Assembly: GCA_046484245.1 (NCBI GenBank)
Contig: JAWOBN010000073.1
Location: 27,757-91,756 of the forward strand
DNA from: a bacterium
GTDB taxonomy: Bacteria; Hydrothermota; 32-111
Direction of reading: 5' to 3'
DNA: 64,000 nucleotides
A program made the translations under genes and the position numbers. Positions 41,557-53,900 of this stretch are shown piece by piece. The notes under the pieces are model-generated. The model did not search any database. It had not been told where the DNA came from and was given only the letters and a program-made list of their open reading frames with translations. The stretch's first letter is position 1; every line of letters starts with the position of its first letter.

Positions 41557-42815
41557 TCCAGCTCTTTCCTGTATTTTTCAGCAGCATTATCCAGTGTTTT
41601 CTGGGGGTCAGTATTCCCCTTTACAATATATTCAAGGGCTTCCCCGAGTATCTGTCTGCCCAGATACCATATATTTGCCTGTGGCTCCATATGGGCATAA
41701 TTCAGCTGATTGTACACATCCTCAAGTCCCGGGTTATTCTCAAAATGCTCCCGGAGAACAGGGGATTCGTATGCCAGGGGAGTAACAGGAACATAACCGG
41801 TCTTTGCAGACCATATTGCCTGAATCTCCGGTGATATAAACCATTTGATGAATTTATACGCTGCTTTTTTCTGACTGTCTGTTGCATTCTTGAAGACAGA
41901 TACATTTGTGCCTGATATGAGCACAGCATCCCTCTCCCCTGACGGCACAGGGGCAACACCCAGTTCAAATGTCGGTTCATTATCCCTTATAAATGAAAGT
42001 GAAACACTGGACCCGTAAACTGTTGCGACCTTCTCTCCTATAAAATCATCCTGATGCTGATATCCTGTTGTGAGATAACCTGTTTTGTCATCAAGAATTG
42101 TTTTGTCAATACTCAGTGCCTTAATTGCAGCAGGGGAATTGAACTCAGGGTTGAGGTCTTCATCAACAAGCCTGCCGTTAAACTGCAGGAGACGGGTCTC
42201 AAACATCCATGTGTTTATATTGAATGCAGTACCGTATATATCCGTTTTGCCGTCATTGTCAATATCAGCAGTGAGCCTGCGCATGGTCTTGAAGAATTCA
42301 TCCCATGTTTCCGGGAATTCTTCTATGGAGAATTCATCAAACCGGTCCTTATTGTAGAAGAATGTCGGGACTGATTTATTGAACGGGAGTGAGACGAGTG
42401 TGCCGTTGAATGTATTGTCCTCAACAAATATCTCAAATAGATCTTCCTCAATCTCACTGATATCCTCCTGAGGGGCAATGTTCTCAATGGGCTCAAGCCG
42501 GTCACCCATAAAGAGTTCCATGGTCCATGATTCATACATCTGCGATATCACTGGGGGATTGTTGACTGAAGCCATTATTTTCTGTGACAATGCATTGTAA
42601 TTGCCCACTGATATAGGAACGACTCTGATATCGGGATTCAATGTATTAAAACTGTCAACAAGTTCATCCAGCACGTCGCCTATAGGACCGCCCATTACAT
42701 GCCAGAATACAACCTCTGTTCTGTCCGGAGATGCATTGCTGTCCCCGCATCCTGTCATAACAAGACCCAGTATGAGAATCAGCAGTAATGTAAATATTAC
42801 AATGTTCCTTTTCAT
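41553..42815 (-). CDS. ABC transporter substrate-binding lipoprotein (sugar/G3P, UgpB-like)
   Basis: Lipobox VMTG-C; VVFWH, LPFNKS...YNKD, PETWDE, WSAKTGYVP; GGGAG SD supports start 42815. Confidence 0.88.
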   Translation of the reverse strand: MKRNIVIFTLLLILILGLVMTGCGDSNASPDRTEVVFWHVMGGPIGDVLDELVDSFNTLNPDIRVVPISVGNYNALSQKIMASVNNPPVISQMYESWTMELFMGDRLEPIENIAPQEDISEIEEDLFEIFVEDNTFNGTLVSLPFNKSVPTFFYNKDRFDEFSIEEFPETWDEFFKTMRRLTADIDNDGKTDIYGTAFNINTWMFETRLLQFNGRLVDEDLNPEFNSPAAIKALSIDKTILDDKTGYLTTGYQHQDDFIGEKVATVYGSSVSLSFIRDNEPTFELGVAPVPSGERDAVLISGTNVSVFKNATDSQKKAAYKFIKWFISPEIQAIWSAKTGYVPVTPLAYESPVLREHFENNPGLEDVYNQLNYAHMEPQANIWYLGRQILGEALEYIVKGNTDPQKTLDNAAEKYRKELD

Positions 42816-42984
42816 TTGAAGCTCCCTGTTAAATTCACAATGAAATATCAATAACTTTACAATAAATTCACTATAATGATAATATAAAACAGAATGAAAA
42901 TATAATCAATAGTAAAACAGCCGGTATTCCGGCGGGAATATATACTGAATTGAATATTATGGAAAAACCATAATAAAATAACAC

Positions 42985-43013
42985 TTGACAAAATCCGGTA
43001 ATTATGATATAAA
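42985..43013 (+). promoter_or_regulatory. Sigma70-like promoter for the tRNA-Leu/tig operon
   Basis: TTGACA-17 bp-TATAAA with extended TG. Confidence 0.55.
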
Positions 43014-43133
43014 ATATACAATGCATCCGGTTAGGGCAGGGCTTTCCTCTTGTATTTTCCCTTTGAAACATTATAATAAATGCATCAAATATAATAGGCA
43101 TTAATGATTAATTATATAACACTAAAATAGTGC

Positions 43134-43215
43134 GCGAGAGTGGCGGAACGGCAGACGCGCTGGATTTAGGATCCAGTAGGTATTCCCTGTGGGGGTTCAA
43201 ATCCCCCCTCTCGCA
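43134..43215 (+). tRNA. tRNA-Leu (anticodon TAG); CCA not encoded
   Basis: Acceptor stem GCGAGAG/CTCTCGC; anticodon arm CTGGA-TTTAGGA-TCCAG; long variable arm; GGTTCAAATCC T-loop. Confidence 0.95.
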
Positions 43216-43230
43216 GAATAAGGAGTAATA

Positions 43231-44544
43231 ATGGATTACAATGCAGAAGTTGACAAAAAATGGAAGTGCACTATCAATCTGACTATTGATAAGAAGGAAT
43301 TTGAGGATACTTACAGGAATATCCTCTCTGAATTCAGGAAAGAATCCGATATAAAGGGATTCAGAAAGGGCAAAGCGCCCATAAAGATCATAGAGAAGAA
43401 ATATGGTCCGGAGATTGAGAATGAGACAATAAACAGGATCATTCCGGGTAAATACAGGGAAATTATAATGAATGAGGATATTCACCCTATAACCCAGCCC
43501 CTGATAACAGATATGAAAAAGGATGACAGTAATATCAATATTGAAATGACCATTGAAACATATCCTGATGTGACAATAGACAATTACAGGGATATTGAAA
43601 TAGAACTGGAAAGAAAGACTGCTGACGGGGAAATGGTGGAAGAGGAATTGAAGAGGCTCAGCAAGAATCAGGCTGATATGGATGAAAAAGAGGATGCTCT
43701 TTCAACTGATGATGTTGCTATCATTGATCTCAAGGTATTTGACAGTAATGGTGAGGAGATGGAAGAACTTGAGACAAAGGATTATTCACTTGAGATAGGC
43801 AGTCCCAAGGTGTATCCCGAGATAACCAAAGCTGTGGAAGGCAAGAAGCCCGGAGACAGTGTTGAGGTGCCGTACACATATCCCGATGATTTTGATGATG
43901 AGAAACTTCAGGGCGAGGAGGTTCTCTTCAAGATTGACATCAAGAAGGGATTCAGGAGAATTCTCCCTGAAATGGATGAGAAGTTTGCTGAGAATTTCGG
44001 CATGAAGAATATGAAGCAGATGAGAGAAGCTGTAAAGAACAGTCTCCAGAATAAATTTGACAAGGATTATGAAGCGCAGAAGGAAGAGAAGGTCATTGAC
44101 AGTATTATTGAGAAAAACCCGTTTGAAGTGCCCGGTTCACTGATCAATGCTCATCTCAAATCCCTTGTTAATAATATAATGAGGGGTGAGGAGACAGAGA
44201 TAACAGAAGAGATGAAGAAGATTTACGGTCCTTATGCTGAATGGAGAGCCAAAAGGGAGATTATTCTCAGCTCCATAATCAAAGAGGAGAATCTGGAAAT
44301 AGATGATGAGAAGGTTGAAGAAGAGATAGCCAAATTCAAGAATCACCCCAATAAGCAGATGAGAGAATATGCTGAGAATCAGTCAATAAGGAATGATATA
44401 AGAACAGATATGCTGTACAATAAAGCAAGGGAGTTCATCTTTGATGCAGTTACTGTAAAGGGTGATGATACGGGGAAAGAGAAGCCTGAGAGTAATGAAG
44501 AAGACAAAGACAAAAGTAAAGAAACAGAGAAAGGAGAAGAATAA
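43231..44544 (+). CDS. tig: Trigger factor
   Basis: GFRKGKAP ribosome-binding motif; FKBP-like domain; position before clpP. Confidence 0.93.
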   Translation: MDYNAEVDKKWKCTINLTIDKKEFEDTYRNILSEFRKESDIKGFRKGKAPIKIIEKKYGPEIENETINRIIPGKYREIIMNEDIHPITQPLITDMKKDDSNINIEMTIETYPDVTIDNYRDIEIELERKTADGEMVEEELKRLSKNQADMDEKEDALSTDDVAIIDLKVFDSNGEEMEELETKDYSLEIGSPKVYPEITKAVEGKKPGDSVEVPYTYPDDFDDEKLQGEEVLFKIDIKKGFRRILPEMDEKFAENFGMKNMKQMREAVKNSLQNKFDKDYEAQKEEKVIDSIIEKNPFEVPGSLINAHLKSLVNNIMRGEETEITEEMKKIYGPYAEWRAKREIILSSIIKEENLEIDDEKVEEEIAKFKNHPNKQMREYAENQSIRNDIRTDMLYNKAREFIFDAVTVKGDDTGKEKPESNEEDKDKSKETEKGEE

Positions 44545-45140
44545 TGCCTTTAATTCCAATGGTAGTTGAGAAAACAGGAAGGGGCGAAAGGGGTTATGAC
44601 ATATACTCACGCCTTCTTGTTGACAGGATTATTTTCCTGGGAAGCCCTGTAACGGATGAGGTTGCCAATCTCATTATTGCCCAGATGCTGTTCCTTGAAG
44701 CAGATGATCCTGACAAGGATATACATCTCTATATCAATACTCCCGGTGGAAGTGTCACTGCGGGACTGGCTGTTTATGACACAATGCAGTATATCAGATG
44801 TCCTGTTTCAACAATATGCATGGGCATTGCGGCAAGCATGGGCGCTGTGATACTGGCAGCAGGTCAAGAGGGCAAGAGATTTGCACTGCCCAATGCCAAG
44901 ACACTCATACATCAGCCAATGGGCGGAGCCCAGGGACAGGCATCGGATATTGAGATACAGGCGCAGGAGATCCTCAAGACCAAGGAGAATATCATAAAGA
45001 TCCTCGCAGATCACACAGGCCGTGATTATGAAGAGATATACAGGGATTCCGACAGGGATTTCTGGATGAATGCCGAGGAATCAAGGGACTACGGTCTTAT
45101 TGATACTGTGATTGCCAGCAGGAAAGAAGATGACAGATAA
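44544..45140 (+). CDS. clpP: Clp protease proteolytic subunit
   Basis: [36 protein letters not shown]. Confidence 0.97.
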   Translation: MPLIPMVVEKTGRGERGYDIYSRLLVDRIIFLGSPVTDEVANLIIAQMLFLEADDPDKDIHLYINTPGGSVTAGLAVYDTMQYIRCPVSTICMGIAASMGAVILAAGQEGKRFALPNAKTLIHQPMGGAQGQASDIEIQAQEILKTKENIIKILADHTGRDYEEIYRDSDRDFWMNAEESRDYGLIDTVIASRKEDDR

Positions 45141-46317
45141 GTGTTATTTCTGCAGCAGAAAACTGGACAATGAAACAGCCCTCATGATAAATGAGGACAT
45201 TAAATTGTGCAGACAGTGCACTGAGAAATTTGCAGAACTCACAATAGATGAAAGGGATAAGAGTGACAGTGAAATACTCTCCGATATACCCTCCCCCTCA
45301 TCTATAAAGGCAGCTCTGGATAAACATATAATAGGCCAGGAATATGCCAAGAAGGTTGTGTCAGTAGGTGTTTACAATCACTACAAGAGAGTGAAATACG
45401 CGGACAGCGGCAAAATGGAGAAATCCAATATATTACTCTTCGGACCCACAGGTGTGGGCAAGACACTAATAGCAAGGACACTGGCTGAAATACTCCATGT
45501 ACCGTTTTCAATATCGGATGCCACCACGCTTACAGAAGCCGGATATGTGGGAGAGGATGTAGAGAATATACTGCTGCGGCTTATTATTGCTGCTGACGGC
45601 AATATAAAGAAAGCGGGTGTGGGTATTGTCTATATTGACGAGATAGATAAAATAGGCAATAAGAATACGGATAATCCCTCAATAACAAGGGATGTTTCAG
45701 GTGAAGGCGTGCAGCAGGCATTACTCAAGATAATTGAGGGCACTGTTGCCAATATACCGCCTCAGGGGGGCAGGAAACACCCCAATCAGCAGTATGTTCC
45801 ATTGGATACGAGCAATATACTGTTTATTGTCGGCGGGGCATTCAATTCACTGGATGGTATAATAGAGAGGCGCCTGAACAGCAGATCAATAGGATTCAGG
45901 CAGGAAGATCCGGAGGCGGATGAGAAGAGGGAAATATTCAAGAAAGCAGGACCGAGGGATTTTGTCCATTACGGTCTTATCCCCGAACTGGTCGGCAGGA
46001 TACCGGTATTCGCCCCACTATTTGAATTGAAGAAGGATGAACTGAAGGATATACTTACAAAACCGGATAATGCCATTATCACGCAGTACAGGGAATTGCT
46101 GTCCTATGACGGTATAGAACTTGAATTCACTGATGACTGCCTTGATTATATTGCCGGTGAGGCAATGCATCTGAAGACAGGCGCCAGAGGGCTGAGAAAT
46201 TTACTTGAGGATTATATGCTTGATATAATGTATGAACTTCCAGACAGGGATAATGTCAGTAAGGTTATTATCAGCAGGGAAGTGTTTGAGAAAAAGGAAA
46301 TGCCTCTTCTAAAATAA
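45130..46317 (+). CDS. clpX: Clp protease ATPase ClpX
   Basis: C4 zinc finger; [26 protein letters not shown] loop; ATG 45130 preferred over upstream TTG. Confidence 0.96.
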   Translation: MTDKCYFCSRKLDNETALMINEDIKLCRQCTEKFAELTIDERDKSDSEILSDIPSPSSIKAALDKHIIGQEYAKKVVSVGVYNHYKRVKYADSGKMEKSNILLFGPTGVGKTLIARTLAEILHVPFSISDATTLTEAGYVGEDVENILLRLIIAADGNIKKAGVGIVYIDEIDKIGNKNTDNPSITRDVSGEGVQQALLKIIEGTVANIPPQGGRKHPNQQYVPLDTSNILFIVGGAFNSLDGIIERRLNSRSIGFRQEDPEADEKREIFKKAGPRDFVHYGLIPELVGRIPVFAPLFELKKDELKDILTKPDNAIITQYRELLSYDGIELEFTDDCLDYIAGEAMHLKTGARGLRNLLEDYMLDIMYELPDRDNVSKVIISREVFEKKEMPLLK

Positions 46318-46326
46318 GGAGGGCTT

Positions 46327-48633
46327 TTGAAGTCTGTTAATCCGAAGAAACTCTATGTACTGATTGATTATGATCAGTTTATGGAGAGTGATATTATCAT
46401 ACCCGGCAAGATAGGGTCTTTTATTGTAAGTGAGGATGATTTCCCCTTCAAGGCATCCGGATTGAAAGAGAATGATTATATAGCAGTGAAATACGGCAAT
46501 AATGATGAGCTGCTCAGCGGTCTGCTCTGCAGAATTGTCAATATTGATATTATTGGCGGGAGCACTGCCAAGATTGCTTTCTATCCGGAGCATTATATTT
46601 CATTTACAAAGATAATTGATTATAATCATTATAAGAAGGCGAGGGTCAGGCAGGTCCAGTTCAGCAATTATCCTGAGGGGAAACATGCAGATGCATTGAT
46701 GGAAATACTGAGAGAAAAAGCAATGACAATGATGAAATACCTTAAAAGAGAAGTAAGCAGTGAAGTCAGGTTGTCAGTAATGAATGAGAATAATATACTC
46801 GCACTCTCCGATATCATACTTTCATTTATACCTGCTGAGCAGCAGGATATCAAAGCAGTGCTCAGTAATACGGATATTGAAGAGAGAATAAATCTTCTTC
46901 TGAAGATCATGGAAGAGAGACTCTCTGTTTATGAGGAGAAGGAGAGGATATCCCTGCTGGTGAAATCCAATGTATCGGATAATCAGAAGAAGTACTTTCT
47001 CAATGAACAGCTCAAGGTGATAAAGAAGGAATTGGGGTATTCAACAGGCATAATTGACGAGAATAAGGATCTCAAGGAGAAGATATACAAGGCAAATATG
47101 AGTGAAGAGGCGAATGATAAGGCAATGTATGAACTCAAGCGTCTTGTAGCAATGAACCCCTCTTCACCTGAGGCTACTGTCATACGCAATTATCTTGACT
47201 GGCTTATCCATGTGCCCTGGCATGAGAAGACAGAGGATAACCTCAATATAGCTCTAGCTGACGAGATACTGGATAAGAATCATTACGGACTTAAAAAAAT
47301 AAAGGAGAGAGTGCTTGAATATCTTGCTGTCCTTAAACTCTCCGACAATGTGAGGGGGCAGATACTCTGTTTCGTTGGGCCTCCCGGTGTAGGCAAGACA
47401 TCACTGGGCCGTTCCATTGCCCAGTCAATGAACAGGGGTTTTGTCCGCATATCACTCGGCGGTGTGAGGGATGAGGCGGAGATAAGGGGCCACAGAAAGA
47501 CCTATATAGGTTCAATGCCGGGCAAGATCATTCAGATGATGAGAAGAGCTGAGGTCGTCAACCCTGTTTTCATGCTTGATGAAGTGGACAAACTGGGGTC
47601 TGATTTCAGGGGAGACCCGTCCAGTGCTCTACTGGAGGTGCTGGATCCGCAGCTCAATAATGCCTTTATGGATCATTATCTTGAAGTGGAATATGATCTC
47701 TCCAATGTGCTGTTTATATGCACTGCAAATATCATACATACAATTCCGCCTGCCCTGAGAGACAGGATGGAGATTATCAATCTTCCGGGTTATCTTGAAT
47801 ATGAAAAATATAATATAGCAAAGAAGTTTCTCATACCGAAGAGTCTCAGCCAGTCGGGTCTGAAACATTCTGATGTGAAGATACATAATGCATCAGTTAA
47901 GGCAATAGTGAAAAACTACACAATGGAAGCAGGTGTCAGGAATCTGGAGAAACAGATCAACAAGATACACAGGAAGGTTGCAAAGAAGATGGCAATGGGG
48001 GAAGGCAAGGGTAAATTCTCAATCAGTAAAAAACAGCTCTCCAAGTATCTCGGTCCACCGCCGAGGAAGGAGAATCAGCTGAGGAATAAGAAAATGCCCG
48101 GTATTGTGAATGGGCTTGCGTGGACGAGTTTCGGAGGCAATGTCATGACAGTTGAGGTGCTGGTTCTGCCCGGAACAGGCAAGATGCATCTGACAGGCCA
48201 GCTCGGTGATGTATTGAAGGAATCAGCAAGGGCAGCTGTATCCTATCTGAGAAAATATGCAGACAAGTACAGTATTGAAGAAGATTTCCACAAGACAAAG
48301 GATATACATATTCATATTCCGGAAGGGGCAATACCCAAAGAGGGCCCTTCAGCAGGCATTACAATAGTGACTGCCCTGTATTCCGCTCTCAAGGAGAAAT
48401 CCGTCAGGAGGAATTTTGCAATGACAGGCGAGATAACACTCAAGGGCATTGTATTGCCCATCGGAGGTCTTGCAGAAAAGATCGTTGCTGCCCAGTCAGC
48501 AGGCATGGAAAATGTGATAATACCCTTTGATAATAAACCTGATTTCAATGAATTGTCCAAGGAGGCAAAGAAAAACCTTAATGTGCATTTCATCAAGACT
48601 GTTGATGATGCATTCACATTATTGTTTAATTAA
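46327..48633 (+). CDS. lon: Lon protease with divergent N-domain
   Basis: GPPGVGKTS, RGHRKTYIG, PKEGPSAG (catalytic Ser), PIGGLAEK; TTG start with AGGAGG SD. Confidence 0.95.
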   Translation: MKSVNPKKLYVLIDYDQFMESDIIIPGKIGSFIVSEDDFPFKASGLKENDYIAVKYGNNDELLSGLLCRIVNIDIIGGSTAKIAFYPEHYISFTKIIDYNHYKKARVRQVQFSNYPEGKHADALMEILREKAMTMMKYLKREVSSEVRLSVMNENNILALSDIILSFIPAEQQDIKAVLSNTDIEERINLLLKIMEERLSVYEEKERISLLVKSNVSDNQKKYFLNEQLKVIKKELGYSTGIIDENKDLKEKIYKANMSEEANDKAMYELKRLVAMNPSSPEATVIRNYLDWLIHVPWHEKTEDNLNIALADEILDKNHYGLKKIKERVLEYLAVLKLSDNVRGQILCFVGPPGVGKTSLGRSIAQSMNRGFVRISLGGVRDEAEIRGHRKTYIGSMPGKIIQMMRRAEVVNPVFMLDEVDKLGSDFRGDPSSALLEVLDPQLNNAFMDHYLEVEYDLSNVLFICTANIIHTIPPALRDRMEIINLPGYLEYEKYNIAKKFLIPKSLSQSGLKHSDVKIHNASVKAIVKNYTMEAGVRNLEKQINKIHRKVAKKMAMGEGKGKFSISKKQLSKYLGPPPRKENQLRNKKMPGIVNGLAWTSFGGNVMTVEVLVLPGTGKMHLTGQLGDVLKESARAAVSYLRKYADKYSIEEDFHKTKDIHIHIPEGAIPKEGPSAGITIVTALYSALKEKSVRRNFAMTGEITLKGIVLPIGGLAEKIVAAQSAGMENVIIPFDNKPDFNELSKEAKKNLNVHFIKTVDDAFTLLFN

Positions 48634-48635
48634 TT

Positions 48636-49988
48636 ATGGTGAGTAATTACAGAACCTCCCCGGAAAAAATAATACTGGTAGGGTATATAACCATTATACT
48701 GGTCGGGACTCTATTCCTCACACTGCCTGTTTCAGTGACTGAGGGCAATCCTATTTCATTCATTGATGCATTGTTTACATCAACATCAGCTGTTTGTGTT
48801 ACCGGTCTTATTGTCAGGGACACAGAACTGGCATTCACCTCTTTCGGGCAATCCATAATACTGATACTGCTGCAGCTTGGAGGTCTCGGTTACATGACGA
48901 TTTCAACTGCTCTGCTTCTTCTCATAGGAAAGAACATGACCAGTGAGACCAAGCAGCAGACACAGAATGAGTATCAGAGATTCACTGCAAGGGATATCAA
49001 GAGTTTTGTTATCAGGATTATACAATTCACATTCATTGTTGAGGCAATAGGGGCAGTCATACTGTTCCCCCGTATGCATGCTGTAATAGGCAGTACGGGG
49101 AAAGCTGTGTGGTATTCTGTATTTCATTCAGTCAGTGCATTCTGTAATGCGGGATTCAGTGTGTTTTCCAATAATCTGCTGCCTTTTATGAATGACCCTT
49201 ATGTGAATATTGTCATTGCATTACTCATTATAACAGGCGGGCTGGGATTTATTGTTCTCGGAGACATCTTCAGGAATATCAATCATAAGAGAAAACAGCT
49301 TTCTGTTCACACGAGAATAGTCCTTATAACAACACTTATCCTGATTGTTGTGCCATTCATTATATTCCTCTTTCTTGAGAGGAATAATTCACTGATGGAA
49401 CTTTCACTAATGAACAAAATCTCCACAGCACTCTTCCAGGTTATCACACCCAGAACAGCCGGATTCAATACACTGGATATACCCGCACTCTCAATGCCCG
49501 CATTATTCCTCATAATAATGCTGATGTTCATAGGCGGTTCCCCCGGCAGTACTGCAGGCGGTATAAAGACAACAACCTTTTTCACAATTGTTTATGCAAT
49601 ATTTGAAAAGATGCGCGGCAAGAGAAATGTCAATGTGATGTTCAGGCGAATATCAACTGAGACAATACTCAAGTCATTTTTCATATTCACACTGTCAATC
49701 ATGGTGATATTCTCCAATATATTCCTTCTCACAGTACTGGAGAAAGGCTCATTTATCAAGATAATCTTTGAGGTCTTCTCCGCATACGGCACTGTGGGGC
49801 TTTCAACAGGTTCAGTGACAGGGGGCAATGTCTCATTTGCGGGGGATTTTACAACGTGGGGCAAATTCATTATAATTATAACAATGTTCACCGGAAGAGT
49901 GGGTATCTTGACTGCTGCCAATGCATTCATCAGTAAATCCAGCAGGGATACTGTTAATTATCCTGATACCAAGATAATTGTAGGATAG
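48636..49988 (+). CDS. ktrB: Ktr/Trk potassium uptake membrane subunit
   Basis: SAVCVTGL, SAFCNAGF, RTAGF, SAYGTVGLS pore loops. Confidence 0.9.
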   Translation: MVSNYRTSPEKIILVGYITIILVGTLFLTLPVSVTEGNPISFIDALFTSTSAVCVTGLIVRDTELAFTSFGQSIILILLQLGGLGYMTISTALLLLIGKNMTSETKQQTQNEYQRFTARDIKSFVIRIIQFTFIVEAIGAVILFPRMHAVIGSTGKAVWYSVFHSVSAFCNAGFSVFSNNLLPFMNDPYVNIVIALLIITGGLGFIVLGDIFRNINHKRKQLSVHTRIVLITTLILIVVPFIIFLFLERNNSLMELSLMNKISTALFQVITPRTAGFNTLDIPALSMPALFLIIMLMFIGGSPGSTAGGIKTTTFFTIVYAIFEKMRGKRNVNVMFRRISTETILKSFFIFTLSIMVIFSNIFLLTVLEKGSFIKIIFEVFSAYGTVGLSTGSVTGGNVSFAGDFTTWGKFIIIITMFTGRVGILTAANAFISKSSRDTVNYPDTKIIVG

Positions 49989-49996
49989 GAGGCAAA

Positions 49997-50695
49997 ATGA
50001 AGAACAACAATATGTTTGCTGTAATAGGACTGGGAAGATTCGGACAGGCTGTAGCTGAGAAGCTGGCAGAGATGAATGTTGATGTTATGGCAATTGACAA
50101 GGATGAACAGAGAGTTGAGGAGGTTGCCAATACAGTGAGTCATTCTGTTCAGCTCAATGCAACAAATGAGAGCAGTTTGAAGGAAGTGGGCATAGAGGAT
50201 GTCGGGACTGCCATAGTCGCTGTGGGAGAGGATGTTGCTTCCAGTATTCTTATATGCTCCTATCTGAAGAATGACGCACACATTCCGAGAGTTATTGCAA
50301 AGGCAATTGATACCCGTCATGGTGCTGTCCTGTCAAAACTATCTGTTGATACTGTCATATACCCCGAAAAGGAATCGGGCAGGCGGCTTGCAGAGAGGCT
50401 TGTTTCAAAGAATATATTTGACCTCATAGACCTTTCCGACTCACATTCAATTGTTGAACTGAGGGCTCCGGAACTGTTTGTTGACAGAACAATTGCTGAT
50501 CTTGACCTGCGGAAGAAGTATGATGTGAATGTCATTGCCATAAAGAGAAAGACCCCCATTATTGACAGTGAATCCCTGGCTGATTTCAAGGAGGAAACAG
50601 TCATTTCCCCGAGAGCAGATGAAACAATTATCAAGGGCGATATTATTGTGATTATCGGAGAGAGAAAGAACCTTGAAATAATCAGGAATATATAA
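49997..50695 (+). CDS. ktrA: Ktr/Trk RCK regulatory subunit
   Basis: VIGLGRFG Rossmann motif; YPEKE; TrkA-C domain. Confidence 0.9.
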   Translation: MKNNNMFAVIGLGRFGQAVAEKLAEMNVDVMAIDKDEQRVEEVANTVSHSVQLNATNESSLKEVGIEDVGTAIVAVGEDVASSILICSYLKNDAHIPRVIAKAIDTRHGAVLSKLSVDTVIYPEKESGRRLAERLVSKNIFDLIDLSDSHSIVELRAPELFVDRTIADLDLRKKYDVNVIAIKRKTPIIDSESLADFKEETVISPRADETIIKGDIIVIIGERKNLEIIRNI

Positions 50696-50708
50696 TATTA
50701 TATAAGAT

Positions 50709-50966
50709 ATGGAAGAGAAAAAAGAATCTATACTGGAAACTGCCAAATTCTATTTCCTTAATCAGAAATACGACAAGGCAATTGAGATATACAGGGAAGG
50801 TCTGGAGTCATATCCTGACGAACCCCAGTTGTATTTCAATTTAGGGGTTGTATATGAGAGTATCAATGACTTGGAGAATGCCAAGGAGTGTTTTGAGAAG
50901 GTTCTCTCCCTGGATAAGGATTTCAAAGCTGCAAGTGATCATCTCAAAGAAATAATCGGTAATTAG
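50709..50966 (+). CDS. Small TPR protein
   Basis: YDKAIEIY...YFNLGVVY...AKECFEKVL. Confidence 0.8.
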   Translation: MEEKKESILETAKFYFLNQKYDKAIEIYREGLESYPDEPQLYFNLGVVYESINDLENAKECFEKVLSLDKDFKAASDHLKEIIGN

Positions 50967-50978
50967 AAGAGAGGTCAA

Positions 50979-53900
50979 ATGGAGGATAAATATTCCGATT
51001 TCCTGCTTCTTTTAGATATTGAGAATATTGATTATATTATCACTGACTCTGATTTCAGTATCATTGAAGATCATTCCCGTGATTCGGGAGCATTGAAGGA
51101 TGTAAGCAAGGAGACACTGAAGGACCTTGCCGCATCCGTGATAGAGGGCGGCTGCACTGCATATACAGCAGAGTTGTCACTGTTTGCCTTCAGGGAGAAA
51201 TCCGCCTATGTTATTGTTGACAACAGTTCACTGACATCCGGATTCTCCAATTACCTCTTTATCATAAGCAGTATGCTCAGGACAATTGATGAATCGGTGC
51301 TTATCCTTGACAGTGAAAACCGCATTGAATTCATCAATCATTCCTTCCGCGACAATTATGACTACAGTATTGATGAGATAAGGGATATGCTTATTACAGA
51401 GATAGTAAACCCCGAATATATAGAACAGATACTGGAGGGCCTCAAATCCAGGACAGAAACAACAGTTGAATCGGAGATATACTCAAATGCCGGTAAATCC
51501 CTGCCGGTAATCATAGATATATGCGCATTAGGCAGCAAGACACTGATCATGGTGAAGGACAGACAGGAAGAGGAGATATACAGCAGGGAGATAGAGGGTC
51601 TCAAGAGAATGCAGAAAATGGTCTTTGATTCAATCGGCCAGGGCATACTTGTACTGGACAGGACTGGAGGTATTCTCCAGTTCAATCAGTTTATGGAGCA
51701 GAAATACCGGTTCACCCGTTCCAAGATGATAGGCCGCAATATATTTGATATTGTGACTGACCTGACTGAGCTCAAACCGGTTTTCCATGATATTGTTGAG
51801 GAGAAGAAGGTTAAGAAAGTGACCAATATGAAGAGATTCTCTCACAGACTGGATGAGGAACTGGTCCAGAATTTTTACGGTTATCCCCTTATTGAAAACA
51901 ATGAAGCAGTAGGTGTTGTTGTAGTTATTGAGGATTTGACTGAGAAGAAACAGCTTGAGGATGAGTATGAGTCCACCAGGAAGAGAAATGAAATGATCAA
52001 TGCACTCAATATGATACTGTCAAGGGGACTGCAGATAGATTTTGTACTGAGGGAGATCGGGGACTATGTATTGTCCAGGACATCTGCGGACAGAATTACT
52101 GTGTACAATAAACAGCAGAGCAAATTCATTGAACTGAAGAAATCCGGGGATAAAGTGACCTACAGGGTGCTGCCTGACACCAGAAGGATACTCGGTGCTG
52201 TTTCAAAGGTGTCTGACAAGATTCACATAGTCGGGAAAAAGGAGAGAATAGTTGAGATTACGGGGAGAAAAACGCCTGCAGAACTCTGTGTTTTCCCGCT
52301 GTATTTCAATGACAATTTACTGAGTTATTTTATACTTGAATCCAATAAGAAAGGCAGTTTTGAGAGTCAAAAGGAGTTTTTGTCAGGCATAAAGGAATAT
52401 GCTGTTCATATTATTGATAAGGCTATTCTATATGAAGAAAAAATATCCAATCTTCAGAAACTTGAGCTGACACTTAAAATTTCCCGGCTCCTTTCCAGAA
52501 CAAAGGAGCCCAAGAAGGCATTTGAAGGCCTTATCACCATTCTCAGTTCACAGATCAATGCTGATAATGCATTATTGATGATAAAGTCGGAAGATGACGA
52601 AGGGCTGATAATCAAATCAATTGTCGGAGAAAATGCAGAGAATATTGACAGCGAAGACATTGATACTGACGTGCTGCATGAGTATTTCAGTGTTAACAGT
52701 GAAACTGTTTTTATCAATGACTTTGACAAAGAGGAGGAGCATGATTCATGCAGCTGCTTCTCAAAGATAGGCAAATCCGTTATATGTTCACCGATCCGCT
52801 ATAAGAATGAGCTTCTGGGTATTGTTGTATTCATAAACAAGGCAAAGAATTCTTTCAGGGACAATGATTTTGATTTGATAAATATTATTGCCACATCGTC
52901 ATCAAGTTATTTGAAAAACCTGCATCTACAGATGAAAATGGCGCAGAAAATAGAGCAGCTCTCTGTACTCTATAAGATATCAACAAGTATCAGGCCTGTT
53001 ATTAATTACAGTTTTCTCAAAAAAGCTGTAATCAGTTCTCTCGGTTCACTTTCACGGGCAGATTTTGTTCTGATGCTTACAAGAACAGACAGTACATATG
53101 ATATTGAACATTCATATTTCAAATCAATTGATCTCAAAAAGAAGTTTGCTGATATCAGCCAGCTGCCTGATGATGTGATTGATGGTTCGGATGCAGGCAT
53201 CAAGCATTACAATGGCAGCTCCCGATTGTGCTCAGAGACCTTTCCCGATAAACTCAAAGGTGCAACCCTGCTGAGGGTGAAGACAAGCAGAGAGACAATA
53301 ACCATTCTCTCCGGATATATGGACAGATTCAACAGGAATATATCTGATGAGACCTATATGGCAATAATGAATGAATTGTCCATATCATTTGAGAATTCAA
53401 TACTATTTGACCAGAATGAGAAACGCCTGAAACAGTTCAGCTCAATCGGTGCAATAACAAAGAAACTGGCTCATCTCAATATTCAGAGTCTGGATGAATA
53501 CTATCAGTATATTGTTGATGCTGCCAGGGAACTTCTCCAATGTGAATATGCTTCACTGCTTATGAGAACAGACAACAAGCTCCAGTTCAAGGCAGTATCG
53601 GGAATTGATATAAAGAAATTGAGTAATTATGATATAAATATTGGAGAGGGTATTGCCGGGTATGTTGCCCAGACAGGCAAACCCGTAATTGAGAATGATA
53701 CCTCAAATTCCGAGTATTTCAAGGAATTGGAATTCAGTTCTGTTTACAGTGTGAGAAATCTTGTCAATATACCGCTGAAATACAAGGACAGGGTAATAGG
53801 TGTCCTCTGTGCTGACAATAAACTGAAGGGTAAGTTTGATCAGAATGATGTAGTGCTGATGAAAATACTGGGCAACAGCACATTAATTGCATTTGAGCAT

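Noticed and set aside
43134..43230. tRNA as an integration site for an island
   Set aside because: Followed immediately by tig in the usual conserved order; no integrase or duplicated 3' end seen.
43108..43485. Minus-strand 125-aa ORF
   Set aside because: Antisense to tRNA-Leu and tig; a shadow ORF, like most short antisense ORFs in the track.
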